DNA of 60,714 nucleotides, the filler included, from Perkinsus olseni (lineage: Eukaryota): assembly GCA_013115125.1 (NCBI GenBank). It is 2 parts of 2 records of this genome, joined end to end, with 100 filler letters (N's around TTAATTAATTAA, not from the genome) between each part and the next. Parts side by side here need not be neighbours in the genome. Positions count along the whole stretch, not along the records: positions 1 to 30,333 come from JABANN010000421.1; 1 more part is not named here. One strand, 5' to 3'. Below the pieces are notes generated by a model that saw only the letters and a list, made by a program, of their open reading frames with translations, made no database searches and had not been told where the DNA came from. Below, piece by piece: positions 13,325-24,969 of the stretch (within the stretch, counting starts at the first letter, position 1; each line of letters starts with the position of its first letter). The position numbers were made by a program, and so were the translations under genes.

Positions 13325-14374
13325 ATGACCGACAAGTTCGATAACGATACTAGAGCTCGTTGTGGAAGCTCCGATATGTATGGTGAGGTTGGCGAGGTTA
13401 CCAGAGGCGTGGCCCTTGATATGGACATTCTCACTGCCCCGGGGTTGCTACCCTCCACTACTGGTAAACATCAGCCTACTTCTCTCCCTTTAGCGGAGGC
13501 TCATCAGACTAGATGTACTGGACCCGCCCCTGAGGCTCCTGAGGATCCAATGTATGTTTATCCCGCTACTACTATTAATGTTACGTCTAGTGATTCATGT
13601 GAAGTCGCGAACGACCTGATCGAGTTCTTCGAGCAAAAGTTGGACTTATGCGATTTCGAGTTCGACAAAGGCCATTTCCACCTCGCGTCGGACGTGTACG
13701 ATAAGAATGGCGATAAAACTACCGTTATGGTTTACTTTTTCCGTGTTGGCCAAGATCACGTGAGAATTTGCTTCCGCTGTCAGGGCGGTAGCAGAAAACT
13801 CTTCAATGAAGTGTATCGTCGAGCCACTGAGCACTTATCAAGTGAAGGCGAGCTTGGCAAGCCAACAGAGATTCCAGAAGCTCCTGAGAGTGACGACGTC
13901 ACTGAGGAAGCGTTGTCTCCTGTCGTAGAAATGCTGGATGAGCCCTCGCCCAGAATAAGAGCTGAGGGTGCTGGTGCCCTCGCCAGTGGGTGTGGCTGCG
14001 TGGCTTCAAGGGCCGTTCTGTTGCATAGAGACGGGATGCTCAGCTCTCTGGTCAAAGACCCTTGCGTGGCCGTTGTTATTGGCGTATGTCAGATATTGAT
14101 GAATGCTGAGCTGTCAGACGATTTTACTGTGACCATGTTGTCGAAGCAGGAAGTAGTCCCAGCTGTGATGGAAGCTATCGCGGGATGCACGGAGGTTCCT
14201 GGGAAGGACAACACTCGTGCTCGCGTCTTGACATCAGCGTTAAAGTATCTTGTTTCCAACTCGCCCGAACTAGCTCGACAGTGCGACGTCAATGTGTTGG
14301 GTGATGTTCTCAACGTGGTCGGTCGTGACAAGATCTGCTCGACGAATCTTGACGAAGTTTTCAAGTACTGCTAG
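13325..14374 (+). CDS. Intronless hypothetical protein with a KA1-like domain followed by ARM/HEAT-like helices
   Basis: Long ORF, first in-frame ATG at 13325. ICFRCQGGSRKLFNEVYRR resembles the KA1 C-terminal motif; LSPVVEMLDEPSPRIRAEGAGALA resembles a HEAT/ARM unit. Confidence 0.6.
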   Translation: MTDKFDNDTRARCGSSDMYGEVGEVTRGVALDMDILTAPGLLPSTTGKHQPTSLPLAEAHQTRCTGPAPEAPEDPMYVYPATTINVTSSDSCEVANDLIEFFEQKLDLCDFEFDKGHFHLASDVYDKNGDKTTVMVYFFRVGQDHVRICFRCQGGSRKLFNEVYRRATEHLSSEGELGKPTEIPEAPESDDVTEEALSPVVEMLDEPSPRIRAEGAGALASGCGCVASRAVLLHRDGMLSSLVKDPCVAVVIGVCQILMNAELSDDFTVTMLSKQEVVPAVMEAIAGCTEVPGKDNTRARVLTSALKYLVSNSPELARQCDVNVLGDVLNVVGRDKICSTNLDEVFKYC

Positions 14375-14865
14375 GCGAGACCGTGCGACAAGCATTGGTC
14401 TTTGATGACGATCAGCAGCAGTACTATTCTACTCCCGGTCATTGTGAACCATAGCGGAGTATACTGTAGCAACTGTTATTAGCTCATCTCATTTTCACTA
14501 TTCTTCTTGCCCCTCGAGATCATTGAGCTAGTGTGATGATCTTAAGATGGATTGCTGACTGCTCGTCCGTTTTAATCTTGTGACTAGCAGAAGGCCTGCT
14601 GCGGCAGCCTGCACTGCGGCGAGAGGGGCTCGCGTAATTCTTCAGTTCACGCGCTCCAAAAATAGTCTTTTGTTGAGTTAATATCGGAGTGGATGTGGTA
14701 GGAAGAGGGCTGGGAAATTTTCGGAGCGCGTTGCCATCGCTGTGCCCCTGTCAGTGGAGGGGGCTGCTCAGAGTGCCGGATACCCCAGAGGGATATTGGC
14801 TAGCGCTTTGTCGAGTGCTTTGGAGGGTTTCATTTGAGTGATGCAGATCTCTTGGTCGTTTGTTT

Positions 14866-16728
14866 ATGATGGATCAACCGCCACCAACAGCGGAAGGACT
14901 CGAGAAGCGCAGGTCGCAGGCCAGCGAAGACGTTAGCGCTGCGAAGTTGTGGGCGGCTGAGCTCGATAAGCTTCGTCGAGGGACGGCCTGTGTTTTCCTA
15001 AATAAGTTCGAAGAGGCTGAGAAGATCTTCCGCAGTGGTATCTTCGCCAACTCGGAGTATGACATGTTGCCAGTCCCCGCGCGTGGTCATGACCTCCGTC
15101 CGGCATACGCCTTTCAATGGGCCTTGGCCAGCCTACTGGACGGCCTTGCCTCCTTTGCGAACGACCAGCTTGATGACTGTCTGAGTAGAGTCTGGCTTAC
15201 CGAGAAGCTGGCCGCAGAGAGTCCGGACCAGTGGGTTGGTCAGAGGTTTCTCAGAGGCATGTGTTATATGTTCGGCGGCATTGTACAGATTTTGCAGCAG
15301 TCCTTCGTAAAAGCTGGAGTCAATTTGACGCGGAGTTGGACGTGGATAAAGTCTATGGAGAAAGAGGTGCTCGAGTACGAGGGTTACGAGGCCGACGTTG
15401 TGAAGTCTTTGGGTAGCTTTGTGATCGGTACTCTCAACTTGGTGGTATCTATGTTACCCGGCTCTATTGTGACGGTAGCCGAGCTCGTAGGTTTCGATGG
15501 TACTAACAGGGCAGCTTCGATTGGTCTCCTGGAGAAGTGTTACGAGGGAGGGGGTCTGCTAGCGCCTTACGCCGCGCTGGTCATCTCCGCTTACCACCTG
15601 CAGATGAGGTCCTTCATGGGCGAGTCGCCGACGAATGAAGAGCTTGAGGAAGTGCGGGCAATTTTGGACGACGGGCTCCAGAATTTTCCGAACAGCTGCG
15701 TGTATCTTATTGAGCTTGCGGAGTATCATGCTGTTCGAAGGAATCCTGAGGGAGCCCTCAGGACGATGGATCTGGCGGGGCGGTCGTGTGACCGGCCGGC
15801 GCTTGCCCTTGTGGTTAACATGAAGAAGGCGGTTTATCATATGTTATGTGTGGAGTGGGAAGAGGCCATTGACTGTGTTCGAAGAGCCAGTCTTTGTCAC
15901 GAGCAAGTTGGCAGAAGAACTTACGTGCCATTTTTCGGGTTGTTGGAGGCCATACTGCGGAAGCTGACAGGACAGGACTATCAGAGTTGCGTGGATCGGG
16001 TAGAGAAGTACCGCGCTATGAAGAAGTCCAACTGGCGGGCGTCGGACCTCCTGGCATTCAAAAAAATTGAGGAGTACTCCAAACGACCAGATAGAGTTAA
16101 CCCTTCCATTGACGTCGTTGAACTGATGATGCTGCAGTTCTACTGCTTGAACAAGGCCTCTCTCGCCGTTGTCAGAGGGTCACTTAGGAAGCTGCTAGTT
16201 GATGCGGAAGCAACGAGCGTTCAGGATGAGGCTCGACGTCAAGTGTTGTTGGCTGAACTTCATAGACTGGCTGGAGAGACGGACCAGGCGATAGCGTTGT
16301 CGGAGTGGGTCATCGACAGGGAAGATGAACTGATGCCGCCCCAGCCAGTACCCGAGTCCGCCGATCCTATAGTTCTTCGGCCCTATTGGAGCGGCACATG
16401 TCTCGTGGCCTTGCTTGTAAAGGGGCAGGCGTTAGCGGACAAGGGAGAGTGGGAGTCAGCGAAGGCTACGGCAGAGCAGATGAACGCAACAGCTTGGCGA
16501 CTGCAGCAGGTCGACCCGACCCCGAAGGCTCGCAACACTTTTCTTGCTATGATGAGCAATACGATTCAGAGCTACGCTGGGGCTAAGCCCAGTGGCGGGT
16601 ACTTCGATATGACTCTGAAGTTCAAGAGGCATGCGTTGAGCAAACGCCTGGAGTATCGCGCGAAGAACGAGTTGTGCGATTCTGAGGAGAAGCTCGACAG
16701 CGGTTTTTTCAGCGCTGACGAGGACTGA
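14866..16728 (+). CDS. TTC39/IML2-family TPR protein
   Basis: Intronless ~620 aa. FLNKFEEAEKIF, SFVKAGVNLTRSW, IGTLNLVVSMLPGSIVTVAELVGFDG and FPNSCVYL are TTC39/IML2 hallmarks. Confidence 0.85.
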   Translation: MMDQPPPTAEGLEKRRSQASEDVSAAKLWAAELDKLRRGTACVFLNKFEEAEKIFRSGIFANSEYDMLPVPARGHDLRPAYAFQWALASLLDGLASFANDQLDDCLSRVWLTEKLAAESPDQWVGQRFLRGMCYMFGGIVQILQQSFVKAGVNLTRSWTWIKSMEKEVLEYEGYEADVVKSLGSFVIGTLNLVVSMLPGSIVTVAELVGFDGTNRAASIGLLEKCYEGGGLLAPYAALVISAYHLQMRSFMGESPTNEELEEVRAILDDGLQNFPNSCVYLIELAEYHAVRRNPEGALRTMDLAGRSCDRPALALVVNMKKAVYHMLCVEWEEAIDCVRRASLCHEQVGRRTYVPFFGLLEAILRKLTGQDYQSCVDRVEKYRAMKKSNWRASDLLAFKKIEEYSKRPDRVNPSIDVVELMMLQFYCLNKASLAVVRGSLRKLLVDAEATSVQDEARRQVLLAELHRLAGETDQAIALSEWVIDREDELMPPQPVPESADPIVLRPYWSGTCLVALLVKGQALADKGEWESAKATAEQMNATAWRLQQVDPTPKARNTFLAMMSNTIQSYAGAKPSGGYFDMTLKFKRHALSKRLEYRAKNELCDSEEKLDSGFFSADED

Positions 16729-17385
16729 TGCCATTGTCATTTTTATTAGCCTTTTCCTATCGGTATTTGCGTGTATCATTTCGTACTGTCGAGGGGTTGT
16801 GTTGCAGTTATCGTCGTCAATCCGCCCTGTAGTCCGGTCGTACTGAAAGTTGGTCTGATCAGTGGGTTGTTGAAGGAATCTGCAACGCCACAAGTGAAGC
16901 TAGAATGCATCATCACGGTCTCGGCCTGGGCGGGCGCTCAGGACTATCTCGATGAGCTGCCTCTTGGGTCGCTGAACAGAGGCGATCGAACCTTGACTCG
17001 TAGCTAGGCTGTCATGTCAACTTAGTGGAACATGTAGCGAGTTCGGGCTGCTGTTGAGAGAGTTCCGCCGTGCCCGATAGACGGTGTAACTGATTCAGTC
17101 TCGAGAGATGTCAGATAAATAGTCGGGAGGTGTTCGGCAGTGAGTAAGGGGTTGACGTCGCTGTTGCCGATGCTGCTTCAGGAAATGCTATGGATCTCTT
17201 CATACTCTCCCTTCATCTATGCTCCTGTATATTCGCTTTCTGATGTTCGTTAGTGCAGGCTCGGGTTGTGAATGTTACTTGTCCTCATCCGGCGTAGGTT
17301 TGTCGAGGTCGTTCGACCGTCCCTTCTATACCGGGTATAGTATACCCATATCTTTGCCAGTTGTGTTTCACTGCCTCGGTTACAC

Positions 17386-18909
17386 ATGGCAACTATGCAA
17401 GTGCATTCAGGTCGAATCCGCTGTCTCCATGCCCCTTCCGATGCTACGGACATACCCACTGGGCCGGTCGTATACTGGATGAGCCGAGAGATCAGGTCGA
17501 GGGATAACTGGGCCTTGCTTCATGCTCAGAATCTAGCGCTCCAGGGGAAGCAACCTCTTGTTGTTGTTTACAACCTCGCCGTCGGCTACCTCGGCGGCGC
17601 CCTCCGTCAGCACGTCTTCAAGGTTGGTGGCTTGAGAGTGGTCGCCAAGAATTTGCACGACAAGGGTATCCCCTTCCGTGTCGACTACTCTGAGGATTTC
17701 CCCAAGGCTCTCGGCAAGATTTCCTCTAAGCTGGGAAGCAGCCATGTGGTCACTGACTTCACACCCCTCAGGCTGAACAGGAAGTGGGAGGAGGCCTTCG
17801 TGAAGGAGGCCAAGAGACTGCGTATTAAGTTCGAGCAAGTTGACGCGCACAACGTCGTCCCTTGCTGGGCCGCCTCTGACAAGCTCGAGTATGCGGCCCG
17901 CACGATCAGGCCGCGACTCTGGCGGAACTGGGACACCTATTGCACTGACTTCCCCGAACTGCAGAATCATTCATATGATTATGATGGCGTCGATTTCGAG
18001 GTCACCACGGATGCTTCTTTTGAGAAGCTGCTGTCGGATGAGAAGCTCTTGGCCGGCCTCGATCGGAGTGTGGAGCCTGTCACGTGGCTGATGCCCGGGG
18101 AGGATGCTGCTCTTGACCATCTGAGCAAATTCATCAATAATATGAAGGGTTATAGCGATTCTCGTAATGACCCGACTAAGAACGCTATCTCCGACTTGAG
18201 CCCTTATTTCCACTATGGTATGATCAGCCCGCAGAGAGCTATCATGCAGGTAGCCAATGCCAAGACAATCCCGAAGCCGGACAGAGACGCCTTCGTCGAG
18301 GAGGCCTTTGTGCGGCGGGAACTCGCCGATAATTTTTGCCATTACAACAAGAACTACGATAATTTCGAGGGTTTTCATAATTGGGCTCGCAAGACTTTGG
18401 AAGACCACGAGAATGACAAACGGAAGTATATCTACAGTCTGAGCAAGCTTGAGAAGGCCCTCACCCACGACGAGTTGTGGAACGCCTGTCAAAACCAAAT
18501 GGTAAAATCTGGGAAAATGCACGGCTACTTGCGTATGTATTGGGGAAAGAAGATTCTCGAGTGGACGGAGAACCCTCGGCAAGCATTGGAGTTTGCTATC
18601 TACTTGAACGACAAGTACGAGCTGGACGGGCGAGATCCTAACGGTTATGTTGGCTGCGCTTGGAGCATTGGGGGCGTCCATGACCAGGGCTGGGCTGAGC
18701 GGCCCATATTCGGGAAGATCAGGTACATGACGTATGATGGGTGTAAGAGGAAGTTCGACATTCAGAAGTATATCAAGAAATGGGGTGCTATTGGTAAAGA
18801 GAAGGACGACGATTCCCATGGCATCAAGGCGTTTTTCAAGCCGAAGAAACGACCAACCGAGAAGAAAGGAGGAGACTCTTCCAGTACTCCGAAGAGAGTC
18901 AAAAACTAA
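17386..18909 (+). CDS. phr: Class II CPD photolyase
   Basis: VVYWMSRE..RDNWAL, QVDAHNVVPCW, EYAARTIR, SDLSPYFHYG, EEAFVRRELADNFC, GKMHGYLRMYWGKKILEW, DGRDPNGYVGCAWSIGGVHDQGWAERPIFGKIRYM. Confidence 0.97.
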   Translation: MATMQVHSGRIRCLHAPSDATDIPTGPVVYWMSREIRSRDNWALLHAQNLALQGKQPLVVVYNLAVGYLGGALRQHVFKVGGLRVVAKNLHDKGIPFRVDYSEDFPKALGKISSKLGSSHVVTDFTPLRLNRKWEEAFVKEAKRLRIKFEQVDAHNVVPCWAASDKLEYAARTIRPRLWRNWDTYCTDFPELQNHSYDYDGVDFEVTTDASFEKLLSDEKLLAGLDRSVEPVTWLMPGEDAALDHLSKFINNMKGYSDSRNDPTKNAISDLSPYFHYGMISPQRAIMQVANAKTIPKPDRDAFVEEAFVRRELADNFCHYNKNYDNFEGFHNWARKTLEDHENDKRKYIYSLSKLEKALTHDELWNACQNQMVKSGKMHGYLRMYWGKKILEWTENPRQALEFAIYLNDKYELDGRDPNGYVGCAWSIGGVHDQGWAERPIFGKIRYMTYDGCKRKFDIQKYIKKWGAIGKEKDDDSHGIKAFFKPKKRPTEKKGGDSSSTPKRVKN

Positions 18910-19311
18910 GGCGAGCTCGAGGATCCCTGCAAGGTGGTCGAGTGGATCAATTAGTTTGGACGAACATGACCGAAGAATCCATTTAGATTTCTGTCTTGTG
19001 CGGTATGAATCATTATTATTTTTCAAGAGTGATGCTGATGCATTTGCGTTGTCCTAGCCGGCGGCGAAGACAGACCTAGCAATCAGTTCAGTAGCCAAGG
19101 CAGTTAGTGAAGGCTCGAATCTCAAAAATCTGCCGCGATTCATCGGACTTGTTCGGTTGAGGCTCGCCTGATCTACTTGTACCACATTCGTGTCTGCAGT
19201 GCGCCAGCGCATCGTCTTCATCACCACCACCTTCAAGGAAGTCAAAGTTGGCGTTTGAGACGAGGGTGAAGTATCAGCTACAACGTCGCCCTGTTAGACT
19301 GAAATTCTCTG

Positions 19312-20209
19312 ATGTCCCTGACGAGCATCTCCGAGGATGTTTCGGCACTGAGAAGTCTGGTGATAGAAGAGTTCAACGGGCTGAATAGGAAAGTTGAGGG
19401 CATCAACGTCAAGGTGACAAATGCTCTGGTTCCGTTCTGGCTAGCGGTAGCTCATCGAAGGCGAACAGAGGTCGGAGGGATTCTTTTGTGAGCACCGTAT
19501 CTTGTGTTCCGGACTTGACGGGTAAACCGAGGGCTCGGAAGTGGGTCTACTACTGTATAGTGTTCTTCTAGGGACTCCTATGAGAGCTGTGGAACCGTCT
19601 GCTGGCTCCGCTCCGATCACGTCAACTAAGAAGCGACGCCGCCTGGAGGTCCGCGGTGTTTTGCGGCTGCTGCTCATGACTTCATTTCCGAGATTTCAGG
19701 TGGATACGTATTTGATTGAGACGGACTTGACGGTGAAGCACGGTGGGAAGATACTGTGCGATCTGAAAGGAGTAAGAGTGATGATCTCAGTCTTCGGTCT
19801 GTGTGAGTACATAGTCCAACGCCGGCTGTTCCGGCTTAGCTAGACTCTTGCCGATGTGCTCTGTTAGAGACTCTCTGTGGCGTTGACATGCAGTGCAATT
19901 AGACGGTTCCTTAGGAAGCTTTCCTCGGGGATACATTCGAACGGAGGCTGTTCGAACAGGAGATTTTCGGTGGCATTCAGTCTTCAGTCACTTGCCCCTC
20001 CTCAGTTCTCGTTCTGGCCAAAAGGACTGCTCTCAAGCCAGCTCCGACAGCAGCTAAAGAAGGTTGCCCAGATCCGCGACCTCCTGACGGTGGCAGACGG
20101 TGATCTCTCTGTTCAAGGCGTATCGCCCGAGGGCAAATCTGTTGATCTCGACGATGGCGTCGCAGCGAACGCTGTCCGAGGCTATAGGCGACTCATCGTC
20201 AACTTGTGA
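19312..20209 (+). CDS. Hypothetical spliced gene
   Basis: Short open segments bounded by GT/AG (MSLTSISEDVSALRSLVIEEF..., VDTYLIETDLTVKHGGKILCDLKG, FSFWPKGLLSSQ...). No family recognised. Confidence 0.3.
19800..19908 (+). repeat. Dispersed ~105-bp repeat, copy 1 (copy 2 at 38237-38342)
   Basis: Shared blocks TAGTCCAACGCCGG, TTCCGGCTTAG, TAGACTCTTGCCGATG, GACTCTCTG and GCAGTGCAATTAGAC in the same order in both copies. Confidence 0.85.
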
Positions 20210-20749
20210 TGTACCATTGTGTAGCATGTCTCGAATGTAGCCTATCTGTTGCTGCTGATCGAGTCCAACTTGAAATTTTCAATAGCAGTAAATTTGTATG
20301 CTGTGGCTATTTGGTTTCACTGTCTCTTATCCCTTGAGCCACGACCCATAATCCACCCCCTTTTCTCTCCTATTTGTCGCTTGGTTTGGTTCAACAGTGC
20401 TCACACAGTAGTTACGTCCTAGGGGCGGTACTGACTCAGTGAGACAGTCTCGGTCTCATAGCCGTCTTACGGCCCGAGGTTCCCCAGCCGACCTCTATAC
20501 TTGAGCTGTAGCACTACCCAATGGTGACAAGCAGCAGTGGTTGAAGAAAGCGCGCGCCCCGCACCGCGCAAGATCATTTTGGAAGGTAAACTTCCAAGTG
20601 TTGCGCCCTCCCACACAATGCATATACTGTAGTCGTTCCGTTGGCTATAATTATTATCAGTAGGTGTATAATTTGAGGGTTCTCACGGGTATTGGCATAA
20701 TACCTACCTATTTCGCTCGAAGGCCTCAGGTTTGTATCTTGTTTCCACC

Positions 20750-23700
20750 ATGGCGCCTGGTGGACAGGACGCCTCCGTAGCGCATGAAGAGCTTCTACGC
20801 AATATTGCACAGGTAGCTGAATCGCTTGCCCCCAAGTCGGGAACTCTGGCCTTTTGAACTCTGCACGGCTCGTTCGCAAGCGACCTTGAACGGCCTCATG
20901 AGGCTTAGAGGTGTTATCCGGCCCGCTCTCTTACGAATCGGCTGTAGTGCTAACGAGCTCAATGAGTGTATCCTCAGCTCGGTCTGGATATCCCAGAAGA
21001 CCTCCTTGTAAGCGTGACCAAGATATGCACGTCTAAGCACCAGTACAAGCAGGTGATTCTCCCATAAGAAACGAATCTTTCCTTCCGTGTTGAGCTCGAT
21101 CGACCTGTGTGACCTTGCCACTTTTTCAGTGTTTGTGGCTTCACCACAAGCTCTTGGAGTCACAGTTGGGGCTGCCACCGAGCCTGCATAAGACAATCAA
21201 TAGCTGTCTACTGTTCTGCGCTGGTACGGCGACGTAGGGGTGATAGAACCTGAGTCCAGAAATTACATGCTCAGTTGAAGCGAGAGATTTCTCACGCTGC
21301 GAGGCCTATTTTGAACGAATAAAAGCCGCGTCTCCTGACGGGCCAAGTGCTAAGGTATTACCGTGTTCCTGTCACTTCTAGCTATGCGGTGGCAATGGCA
21401 GGATTACGGTAATATGATGCGGTATTACGCGGCCATTGGAGAGTTCGAGAAGGCGCTGGGGATCCTTCAAAATATGGAGGGAGTCGTTCCCGATAACGTC
21501 ACGTAAGTATTCCCTTACGCGACTGGATGACGTGCTACACTAGGTGTAATACGGTACTGAGTGTATGTGTGAAGAACCAGCAACTGGCCATAGCCGACGC
21601 GATGCTGCACGAGTTGTCGAAGCCTCTTGATGAGGACGGCACGTGCGTGGCTGACGTTGTGACCTACAACACTGTCATGAAAGGGTAGTCTGATTTTCTC
21701 TGTTTTCTGCGGCACTGGCCGGTGGTGATCAGGTACGCCCGCCTAGGAGGCTTGGCTAGGTGTGATCACCTCATGAGTTTGATGGAGACTCAAGAGGTGA
21801 TCGCTGGATGAGATGGGCCTAGGACGAGCTGAGACCTCTGTCAGATTGCTCCAACAGCAGTTACCTACGGCATTCTCCTCGATTGCTGTATAAATGCTAA
21901 TGACATGCCCCGAGCGCAGAGGGTCTTCCAGGAGATACGCCAACATCAGACGGCGGAAGTCGGGGGAGTGGAGGGGAGCGCGGTTGGGTCTTCCGAGCAG
22001 GGCCGAAAAGGTCTTGGCCTCAACACGGTGGGTAGGCTTGTGTTGTTAACAGCGTCGATAATAGCTCATACCTGTTGCTGTATGGTTGTGTCCCTAGACT
22101 CGACACGTTTGGTAGCTAGTGATGCCAGGGTGTCGTCTCTCGTTCGAAGTGTCGTGCCTCAGGTTATGTACACAACCCTCATTAAAGGACATGCTAAGGC
22201 AGGGGACGTGGATGCTGCCATGAGCGTGTGAGTCCGCTGAAGCCGTAGCGGACTAAACACTTCGTCGTGTTTTAAGGCTGTTGCTGGTCTATGGCCAGCG
22301 AATTATTCGCTGCGAATACACTCATTCTGGAGTCGTAATCTTGTGCCGGCTTTTATTAGATACGAGGAGATGAAGATCTCCGGGGTAGCTCCGGATCTCA
22401 TAACATTCTCCATCCTCATCAAATCCAACTGCGATTCAGGTCGAGTTGGTATGAGCCTGGGATTACTAAGAGAGATGCTGGTGAGCCGCTCAGCTTACCC
22501 TGATTCTAATTGGCAAATCCTCAGGAAGCCGGTCACCAACCCGATGAGATTGTCTACAACAATCTCCTTCTCGGGTGTTGCGTCGTCGGTGTGAAGTTAA
22601 CGCCTCCGTTTGATGACAGGCGGAGCCTTGCGGCAGCAATACTCGAGGAGATGCAGCGAAGCAAGGTCGGGACCGGGAAACTTTTAAGTCCTCAGCCGGA
22701 GCAGCTGGCGTGCCTCTGCGGACAGTAGCGTCTGTTTGTTTCTACAGGTCTCTGGGTCGAGCGCGACATTTAGCATTCTTATGAAGGTGATTATAGCTAC
22801 AGCCGGTGATGCGTCGGATGATGGTGACGTTGTTCGAAGATATGATGCTGTTTTTGAGGAGTGCATCGATTTACTTGACGTATGATCTGAGGGCAAAAGC
22901 TCGGACCGTCGAAGGGTGTCCTTAGGTTCGGATGGAGAGGGACTACCAGGTTATTCCTGAGCTGAGGCTTTACACTCAGCTTGCGCAACAAACAGTGGGG
23001 AAGGCGGAATCGGGAGTCGTTCGAGATCGGTGCTATTCACAGATTCGCCAGCGCAATGGAGGAGTGACTCTGAGAGTCTGTGGCAGCATGATTGGTCGGC
23101 ATATGCGTAACCTACAGCCGAACCAACCCCAGCCAGTCGTTCCTAAGGGGACTGCCAGCACTCGTAGGGCGATGTCAGCTGTCGCCGGGGTCACTATCAC
23201 TTCTGAGATTGTAGGCAATTTGGCGCCGAAGAATAGGGTGGATGTGATAACGAGGCAAACGGTGCAGACCATATTGGCGAGCGCCACGACCTCTAACCTC
23301 CTTGAGACGACACTTCAGCTCTTGGAGCTCTTCATTAAATTCCGGGTAGTGTCGTCGGAGCCATAGCGAGGTTACTCCTGCTGTGGTGGCAGGTTGTCGA
23401 AGTCCCTGATGTCCGAGATGCTCTGACGGCGAAACTCGAGAGTATGTTGTCAAAGAAGAAACGAGGTGGAACTTACGTTCAAGAGATGAGACGAATAGTC
23501 GCGACCTACGGTTAGTTGTGTTCATAGACATATCCTGGCTCGGACGCTGTTCTTCCGTTGATAGCCTCGGAGCCGGAGCGGTACCTGGCTAGTACAACGG
23601 TGTTCCAACAAGTGGCTGAGGCTGCAAAGGATCCTAATGAGAGCGGTTGGAGGGTGACCCGAGCTCGAAGGAGGATTCCGAGTGATGGTATTCATGTCTC

Positions 23701-23812
23701 AAAGTCTCTCGGTGTCTTACTGAATTCGACAGATTCGTCGCAAACGACTCGCTCGGGTCGCAGACTTCCTCGCAGTAGGGGAAGTAGACGGACGCCACAG
23801 GAAAGCTCGTAG
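20750..23812 (+). CDS. Pentatricopeptide repeat (PPR) protein, multi-exon
   Basis: Repeats: DYGNMMRYYAAIGEFEKALGILQNM..PDNVT, DVVTYNTVMKG-YAR, PTAVTYGILLDCC, VMYTTLIKGHAKAGDVDAAMSV-YEEM..PDLITFSILIK, PDEIVYNNLLLGC. Ends approximate. Confidence 0.88.
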
Positions 23813-24329
23813 AGGAAGCCCCTCTGATAACAGCTGACTGGGGCCGTATTGATTGTATCTTGTACGGTGTCCTGTTCCGCGGAGTGTTTGTCCATGTAGC
23901 GATGTGCGCAACTTTATCCGGTGTCCATTCGGTAAAACTGTTTGGTTCAGTCATCATTGATGACGTTACCACGTTACCAGGCGAAGTTACAGTACGCGCA
24001 ATCTAAAGAGACAGTTTCGTGTCACCGGCATAGCTTTTTACCTAGAGCTCATATGGACCTGAAATTTCGGTTATGAGCTCTCCCAACATTGTTATATTGT
24101 TTAAACATGTCACCGATCGAATTGTCGTACAAAAAAATTTTTGGTGCATTTTTCACCCCTTCGCGCTTATCGTCAATCATGGAAATATGACATAGGTCAT
24201 CTGGCATCGTCCTGACATCGTGCTGTTCGGATACGAGAGGCGGGACAGTTGAACGGATGGCCAAAAATGGCAGGTGATCAACTTTGTTCACTCGTTGCAG
24301 TCCCGGAACTACCTACACTCTTCGGTGTA

Positions 24330-24486
24330 CAGGGTGTTCCAATTCGTTATGCAAATCGTGAAAATTGAGATTTCACCGCTGAGAGGAAGTATTAAGATAT
24401 TAAACTTAGACAACATATGTATTTCGAAGAGATGTATACGTTTCATATATCGATCGGTGATTTGTATAACGAAGTGGAACATCCTG
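24330..24486. mobile_element. Tc1/mariner-type MITE (157 bp) with 28-bp TIRs and TA target-site duplication
   Basis: Left end TA|CAGGGTGTTCCAATTCGTTATGCAAATC; right end reverse-complements to TA|CAGGATGTTCCACTTCGTTATACAAATC (3 mismatches). AT-rich non-coding interior. Confidence 0.9.
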
Positions 24487-24969
24487 TAGGGCAAAGCAGG
24501 TTTCCTAGCGAAAGTTCCGCTCCCTGCTGTCTTGTTACCTGGGACTCCCGAACTCCCAGGCTGGGAGTAATAGGTAGTGGGAGCAAACATGCTCGAATGG
24601 CCAAACATGCAATTTGCATGTTCCGAAACATCCAGCGAAACATTCGGAGCGACACCTCCATCTACGGGTCTCAACCCGTAGATTGAGTGTTCCGCTCCGC
24701 GTGAGCTGGGCGAGGCTTGGCCAGTATTTCTTGACCATTTCTGACAGAGAGGGAGGCGAAAAGAGGGCCACAAACCGGAAAAGTAGAAGTAAGCATTCCG
24801 AAATCCGGCTCGAAACCGGAGATCTCGGTGGCGCGAGAGCCGGGAAATGAGAGGAGAGGGGCAAGATAATGTATTCAAAGGCAGGAGAAAACGGGTATGG
24901 TGAGTGTATGCTGTGAAAAGAGCGTCTCACAAGCCTCGACAAGGAATGTCCGCACAGAACTGCATTGAG

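Noticed and set aside
17971-19026. 351-aa antisense ORF over the photolyase, and similar shadow ORFs over MDH, TTC39, UCS and PDE12
   Set aside because: Expected antisense open frames from codon bias; no protein motifs.
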